From assembly GCA_964016885.1 (NCBI GenBank), contig OZ024764.1, positions 6,324,001 through 6,388,000 on the forward strand: 64,000 nucleotides of DNA, in the 5' to 3' direction. Shown piece after piece: positions 56,326 through 64,000 of the stretch. The translations under genes were made by a program, and so were the position numbers. The stretch comes from Eledone cirrhosa (taxonomy: Eukaryota). Each line of letters opens with the position of its first letter. Within the stretch, counting starts at the first letter, position 1. The notes beneath the pieces were generated by a model. It searched no databases. It saw nothing but the letters and a program-made list of their open reading frames with translations, and was not told the origin of the DNA.

Positions 56326-56942
56326 CATCACCCCAGCACCACCACCATACCATCACCCCAGTGTCACCACCCGCCACCATACCATCACCCCCAGCACCAC
56401 CACCATACATCACCCCAGTGTCACCACCGCCACCATACCATCACCCCAGCACCACCACCATACCATCACCCCAGTGTCACCACTGCCACCATACCATCAC
56501 CCCAGCACCACCACCATACCATCACCCCAGTGCCAACCACCACCATACCATCACCCCAGTGCCACCACCACCACCATACCATCACCCCAGTGCCACCACC
56601 ACCACCACCACCATACCATCACCCCAGTGTCACCTCCGCCACCATACCATCACCCCAGTGCCACCACTGCCACCCCACCATCAACACCCCCCCTTTAACC
56701 CCCCCCCCCATCACCATGTCAAATCCCCCCTCCCCCACAGTTCCACTAGATGTTCAGCAACTTTTAAAAACTCAGCCAAAAATTATAAGCCATAGACAGA
56801 CATTAAATGTGTGTATGTATGTATATATATATATATATATATGTCTGTGTGTGTGTGTATAAATAAGTGAGTGTACGTAACAGTGTTTATGCATGTTTAA
56901 TGATGGGGTAAATATGTAGTAAGCATGTATATGTGCATATAT

Positions 56943-56999
<57 letters not shown>

Positions 57000-57190
57000 T
57001 ATGTATATATATGGTGGTGTATATATATATAAGTAGAAGTGGTATTTAATTTGTTGGAAGTCCGACAAACATAAATGTTTATAACTGATTTAGAGCACTC
57101 ATAACTGGAGTAAATATTCAATGATATTAAATAAATGGAAACTATATAAATATAGTTTCCATTTATTTAATATCATTGTATATATATATA

Positions 57191-57234
<44 letters not shown>

Positions 57235-57252
57235 TGATGATGATGATGATGA

Positions 57253-57293
<41 letters not shown>

Positions 57294-57450
57294 TATATAT
57301 ATTATATATATGAAAAAGTTTGTCCTCATCAGTGGCCTTCCAACCATCGTAGGCATTTCGTCGCATTAAATATATATATATGTGTGTATATATATGTATA
57401 TATTTGTATGTATATTTATATGTATATATGTGTGTGTATATATATATATG

Positions 57451-57548
<98 letters not shown>

Positions 57549-57571
57549 GTGTGTGTATATATATATATGTA

Positions 57572-57603
<32 letters not shown>

Positions 57604-57624
57604 GTGTGTGTATATATATATATG

Positions 57625-57664
<40 letters not shown>

Positions 57665-57773
57665 ATCATAAAATGTCTTTAGAATCACTAGATATAATAT
57701 ATACCATTTCCTCTCCCAATTAGTATAATTAACCATATAAAAAATCAATTAGACCAATATATATGTATATATA

Positions 57774-57822
<49 letters not shown>

Positions 57823-59919
57823 ACATGAGAAGAATACTGCATGGTTGCACATGGGTTACATATGATAAAATAGTCCTTCGTCAGTGATTTGCCAACCATC
57901 ATTGATATTTCATCGCATTAAAAATCATATACCTCAGGTTGGTGCGAGCAATAGCTAAATAAAGCTATTGGCACAAGTGAATCGCGTAAAGCGAGTGAGA
58001 CAAGTAAACAACATAGAAGGATGAAAGCAACGCAAAGATGGGAATAAACAAGCAACATGGTTACCCGGTCAGCATAAACTGGGTGGATTTCATGAGCGAT
58101 CAAGATACAGACTGTCCGACGTGAGTGAGATGTGAGCAAGAAGAGAATATATATATATATAAATTGGATGTGCAATGTAAATGTGCGTGAACGACCCAGC
58201 ATAAATGTGTTGAGAGAGAAACTGTGTCTGAGAGGGATAGAATGTAGTGTACGGGAGAGGAGACTGAGGTGGTATGGACATGTGATGCGCATGGAGGATG
58301 ACCGATGGGTGAAGAAGTGCCAGGAAATGCCAGTTGAAGGAAGACGTGGTAGAGGTAGACCACGAAAAACATGGGCGGAGGTGGTGAGAACAGACCTCAG
58401 ATCATTGAAGCTCACGGTGGAGATGACGAGGGACCGTGACGAGTGGAGAGATGCTGTGCTGAATAAGACCCGTCCCACCCTTGCAAGCAGGGAAAAGCGG
58501 ACGTAAAATGATGATGATGATGATATATAAATGACTTCTACGGGACTAGAACTGTTTCGTTTGAAAGAATGTAACTATCTAGCCATCAAATTGAGAGATC
58601 ACAGCTCTGATACTATGGACTTGTGGTTAGAATGTCTCAGGAAAGAATTGCTGGACAGATTTTACTGGTAAAACCAACATGGAGGAGACCCAGGGAGGTT
58701 GGATAAAATGAATGAGCCTGGCTGGTCTCACTTGGGGATCGAGCTGGATCTGTTAGAGGCGGTTGCTTCTGGCAGGACCCACTGGAAGAAATGTTTAAGG
58801 ACTTCTACTTCACTGTACAGAGCGTTGGACAACATGCTTTGCAACATAGAATTTTGTTCCCTTATGTTTTGAGTTCAAATCCCGCCAAACTTGGCTTTGT
58901 CTCTCATCCTTACGGGGTCGATAAAGTACCAGTAATGAACTGGTGTCGTTTTAATTGACTTTCCCCTCCCCCAAAATTGCGGGCCTCATGCCTAAATCAA
59001 ACCCTTATTCGCCTTGCTTTTCATCCATACGGGGTCGATAAAATAAAGTACCAGTAATGTACTGGGGTGGGTTTTATGAAACCTCGCAACCCCCAAAATT
59101 CTTGGCCATTATTAGTTGAGTAACCTCAACCTTACAGTCTGAGTTCAAATCCCGCTGAGGTTAACTTTGCTTTTCATCCTTACGGGGTCGATAAAATAAA
59201 GTACCAGTAACGTACTGGGGTAATTGCTGGCCTTGTGCCAATAGTAGAAACAATTATTTGTTGATTAAGCTTTCAGTTCCTCAGTTTTGTTGCTCTGCTG
59301 TTTCACATGTACTCACAGGATCATCAGGAAACTTGTGAAACTCCAGAGTAACAATACTTATTCATCTGCTAAACTTACTATAATGAATCTTACTAAACTC
59401 TATTTTTGTATTGAGTACTTGTTCTTGCTTCTGTCCTCGCTGTATATATAATGTGTAATTGTTTTAGCAAATCTTTACTGATTAATATGTAGATATGTAT
59501 ATACATGTTGTCTTTGTGAGCTTGCATATATACATATATGTGTGTGTATATATATATATGTGTGTGTGTGTGTGTATATATATGTATGTATATATAATCC
59601 CCATCAACCAAGAGAGGAAACTGTAACACAATCCCCACCACCAGAGGATCCTCTAGTCACCTCCCCCCACCCCTTCATCAGGGAGACAGTCTACACCTGG
59701 TCGCATTATATGCTAGAAACAGCAGCCAAACTTCCTATCCCCACCCCACCTCCAGCGTCATACTCCAGCAGTCTTGAGCAAATTAAACACTTAGGGTGAT
59801 GTGGTCCAAGGTGGATGCTTCCTGCAGTATTGTGACTCTTGAGTGTGCGCTAACCTAGGTTTATAAAACATCATCACCACCACCATCATCATTATTATCA
59901 TTTCCACCATCAACATACA

Positions 59920-59968
<49 letters not shown>

Positions 59969-60357
59969 CAGGCACATGGCTTAGTGGTTAGAGTATTGGC
60001 CTTGCAATCGAAAGGTTGTGAGTTCAATTCTCAGACCGGGTGATGTGTTGTTTCCTTGAGCAAGACACTTTATTTCACATTGCTCCAGTTTACTCAGCTG
60101 TAGAAATGAGATGATAGGGACTGGCGTCCCTATCATTCCACTGTAAAGTGGTCGTGGAGGTGCCACGGCAAAAAAGCACCCAGCACTCACTGTAAAGTGG
60201 TTGTGGAGGTGCCACGGCAAAAATGCACCCAGCACTCACTGTAAATGAGGTTGGTGTTAGGAAGGGCATCCAGCTGTAGAAATCAAGCCAGAATCAGTTC
60301 CCGTCCCACCCTTGCAAGCAGGGGAAAAGCAGACGCAAAATGAAATGATGATGATGA

Positions 60358-60412
<55 letters not shown>

Positions 60413-60508
60413 AATTAAAATACTAGAGTGCGTTGGAGTTATTAATGGGACGAAACATTGCAGGCTAATAGAGACTTTTGATGTATTGAAGGCTTCTTTT
60501 GTCTATTT

Positions 60509-60589
<81 letters not shown>

Positions 60590-61623
60590 TCCTGTATACA
60601 TATATGTTCCTTTAACCATGTCCATTCCGAGCTGAGGATCCGCTAAGGTGAAACAATTGTTCCCGGTATGGTGAATTAACTGTTGTGTAACCACTTCTAT
60701 ATATATATATATATCACAGAAAAAAAGAGAATCAGTGTTGAGACGAATGGAATTTATTGGACATATTACAATCTGCTTCGTAGAATCGACATGTATCTGA
60801 GGACCTTGCGATTTTCAGAGTCAGGTTCGATCACCACATCGACCGTGCCTCGAGCTGGTCACAAGAAAAACGATTGTAATATGTCCAATAAATTCCATTC
60901 GTCGCAACACTGATTCCCTTTTTTTCTGTGATATCATACTCTGCTCGATGTGGGCATCGAGTGCTCAAACGGCCTACCGCATACGGACACTTTGAGCATC
61001 CAACACCAATTATATATATGTATGTATATATATATATATATATATATTGATTTATAAGTGACACAGAGGAGACTGAGGTGAGCTGGACATGCTCACCGAC
61101 ATCCAGAGTTGACACTGCACTCAGTGCTCCTGTGGGAGCCCCTACATGGACTCACTGGAAGAGGAAGACCGAGGTTAACGAACGTATGTTGATGCCCTAG
61201 GGACAGACACTGGTCTGTTGGAGACGCAGGACATGGCAGCGATAATGAGGGACAGAGACCGCTGGAGAGAACTCGTCCATGGATCTCGGGAATTTTACCC
61301 GCCTTAGAAATAGAATATATATATATTTTCCCCTGCTTGCAAGGGTGGGATGGGAACTGATTCTGGCTTGATTTCTACAGCTGGATGCCCTTCCTAACAC
61401 CAACCTCATTTACAGTGAGTGCTGGGTGCTTTTTTGCCCTCCACGACCACTTTGCAGTGGAATGATAGGGACCCCAGTCCCTATCATCTCATTTCTACAG
61501 CTGAGTAAACTGGAGCAATGTGAAATAAAGTGTCTTGCTCAAGGAAACAACACATCACCCGGTCTGAGAATTGAACTCACAACCTTTCTATTGCAAGGCC
61601 AATGCTCTAACCACTAATGCCTC

Positions 61624-61693
<70 letters not shown>

Positions 61694-62039
61694 CCCGTCC
61701 CGCCACCCCCCCCCCCACCCATCCACACCACCCCGTCCTATGTAAAGTTATTTTGGTGCCGCGCCATCCAGGCCGAAACAAATGAGATCGTGTAGGTGTC
61801 ACGACAAAAAAACACACAGTCCACGCTGTAATGTGGCCGTGTAGGCAACACGGTAAAAACCTCCCAGACCCACACTGTAAATGTGGTTGGTGTTAGGAAG
61901 GGCATCCAACTGTAGAAAACCTGCCAGACAGTCCTATGCGAGCAAGACAATCACTCTTGCCTCAAGTGGGACTACCCCCGTCCAAACCCATGCAAGTGTG
62001 GAACACGGACGTTAAACGTTGATGATGATGATGATGATG

Positions 62040-62135
<96 letters not shown>

Positions 62136-63423
62136 TACAACTTATGGTATATAAATATTGAGTTTTGTCATAACTAATCACTGCCAAGACTGGAATTGAA
62201 AAATCAGCACAGTTGAGGTATGCCAGACATCAACTTATTTTATCTGGTGAGGACGTACTGATGAAACAGCTCAGTACCTCTGAAATATATATAATAAAAT
62301 ATATTTGATCACCTGAATGTCTATGTTTATTAATAATTTGAAGTAATATTAATAACTCCAGAAAACCCCACTGTTGAGTGCTTCTAATCTATTGTAAAAC
62401 TTTATTCATTGATTAATCAATGAACCTTGTTAAATTTTTGGTTTTATATATATATATATATATATATAGGAAAATGTAAGACCCCGACGGCAGAGCTCAA
62501 GCCGTTTTGACGGCTAATTCTGGACCATATAGCTTCATAATCACTGCCATCATCACCATGACCATCACCAACAACTTCACAATTACCACTTCCAACACTA
62601 TAACCACCACAGTCAACACTACCACAACAGCCACCACCACTATCACCATCACCACCAACACCACCACCACACCACCATCATCACTACCACCACCAACACC
62701 ACCACCACCAACACCACCACCAACACCACCACCACCAACACCATCACCACCACCAACACCACCACCAACACCACATCACTACTACCACCACCACCACCAC
62801 CATCACCACCACCAACACCACATCACATCACTACCATCACTACCACCACATCACTACCACCACCACCACCACCACCACCATCACCACCACCAACACCACC
62901 ACCACCAACACCACTTCACTACTACCACCACCACCACCACCAACACCACATCACATCACTACCATCACTACCACCAACACCACATCACTACCACCACCAC
63001 CATCACCACCACAACATCACTACTACCACCACCAACACCACCACCACCACCACCAACACCACATCACATCACTACCATCACTACCACCAACACCACATCA
63101 CTACCACCACCACCACCATCACCACCACAACATCACTACTACCACCACCAACACCACATCACTACTACCACCACCACCACCACCACCACCATCACCACCA
63201 CCAACACCATCACCACCACCACCATCACCACCACCAACACCATCATCACTACCACCACCACATCACTACTACCACCACCAACACCACATCACTACCACCA
63301 CCACCACCACCACCACCACCACCACCACCACCACCACCATCATCACTTGTTGTCATCAGAAGGAAAATCTGTTTGAAATTCAGATAGAAAAAATTGGTGC
63401 TCCATATATATATAAAAGTTATA
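56326..63423 (+). repeat. Near-identical second copy of 48976-56125 (all features repeated)
   Basis: Same order of elements; differences are mostly homopolymer/microsatellite length plus a few substitutions. Confidence 0.97.
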
Positions 63424-63590
63424 TATGCATTGTACATCAATATATATATATATGTCATATATACACATGTTTATACACACACACACACACATATATCTAT
63501 ATATGTGTGTGTGTGTATAATATATATATATATATATATGTGTGTGTGTATGTATATATATATATGTGTGTGTATATATGTATATATATA

Positions 63591-63623
<33 letters not shown>

Positions 63624-63766
63624 GTAAATATATGTGTGTGTATATATATATACATATATATAAACTATAAAGCTATAATCTTATGTGTGCATGAGTCTAC
63701 ATACTTTAATGTAGACATGCATATTTAAATATTTTACATGTATATATATCTATATACATACATGGG

Positions 63767-63797
<31 letters not shown>

Positions 63798-63826
63798 GTA
63801 TGTATATATATATATACACACACATG

Positions 63827-63878
<52 letters not shown>

Positions 63879-63897
63879 CATGTATATATATCTATAT

Positions 63898-63982
<85 letters not shown>

Positions 63983-64000
63983 CCAGTCTTGGTAGTATAT

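Overview
Repeat-saturated eukaryotic (animal) DNA, most likely coleoid cephalopod/octopus. That assignment is an inference from the SINE/RTE-LINE landscape and extreme (TA)n/(CA)n/(CAC)n content; it was not checked by a database search. The only recognisable host coding sequence is one 127-bp internal exon of CUX1/CASP (7379-7505, +), so most of the window is probably intron. The rest is: RTE-clade and R4/Dong-like LINE 3' fragments; three tRNA-type SINE families; a probable non-autonomous Helitron; a truncated U2 snRNA copy; several minisatellites amplified from retroelement sub-segments; and many short fold-back elements sitting in (TA)n tracts. At least 13 sites in these fold-back elements fold by eye into minimal type-I hammerhead ribozyme motifs (CUGANGA...GAAA, palindromic helix III, UH) of the kind known from Penelope-like elements; some have core mutations and some have unusually large domain II. 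A 7.1-kb block is duplicated across a 200-N gap, probably an assembly artefact. Nearly all long ORFs in the supplied track are repeat artefacts.
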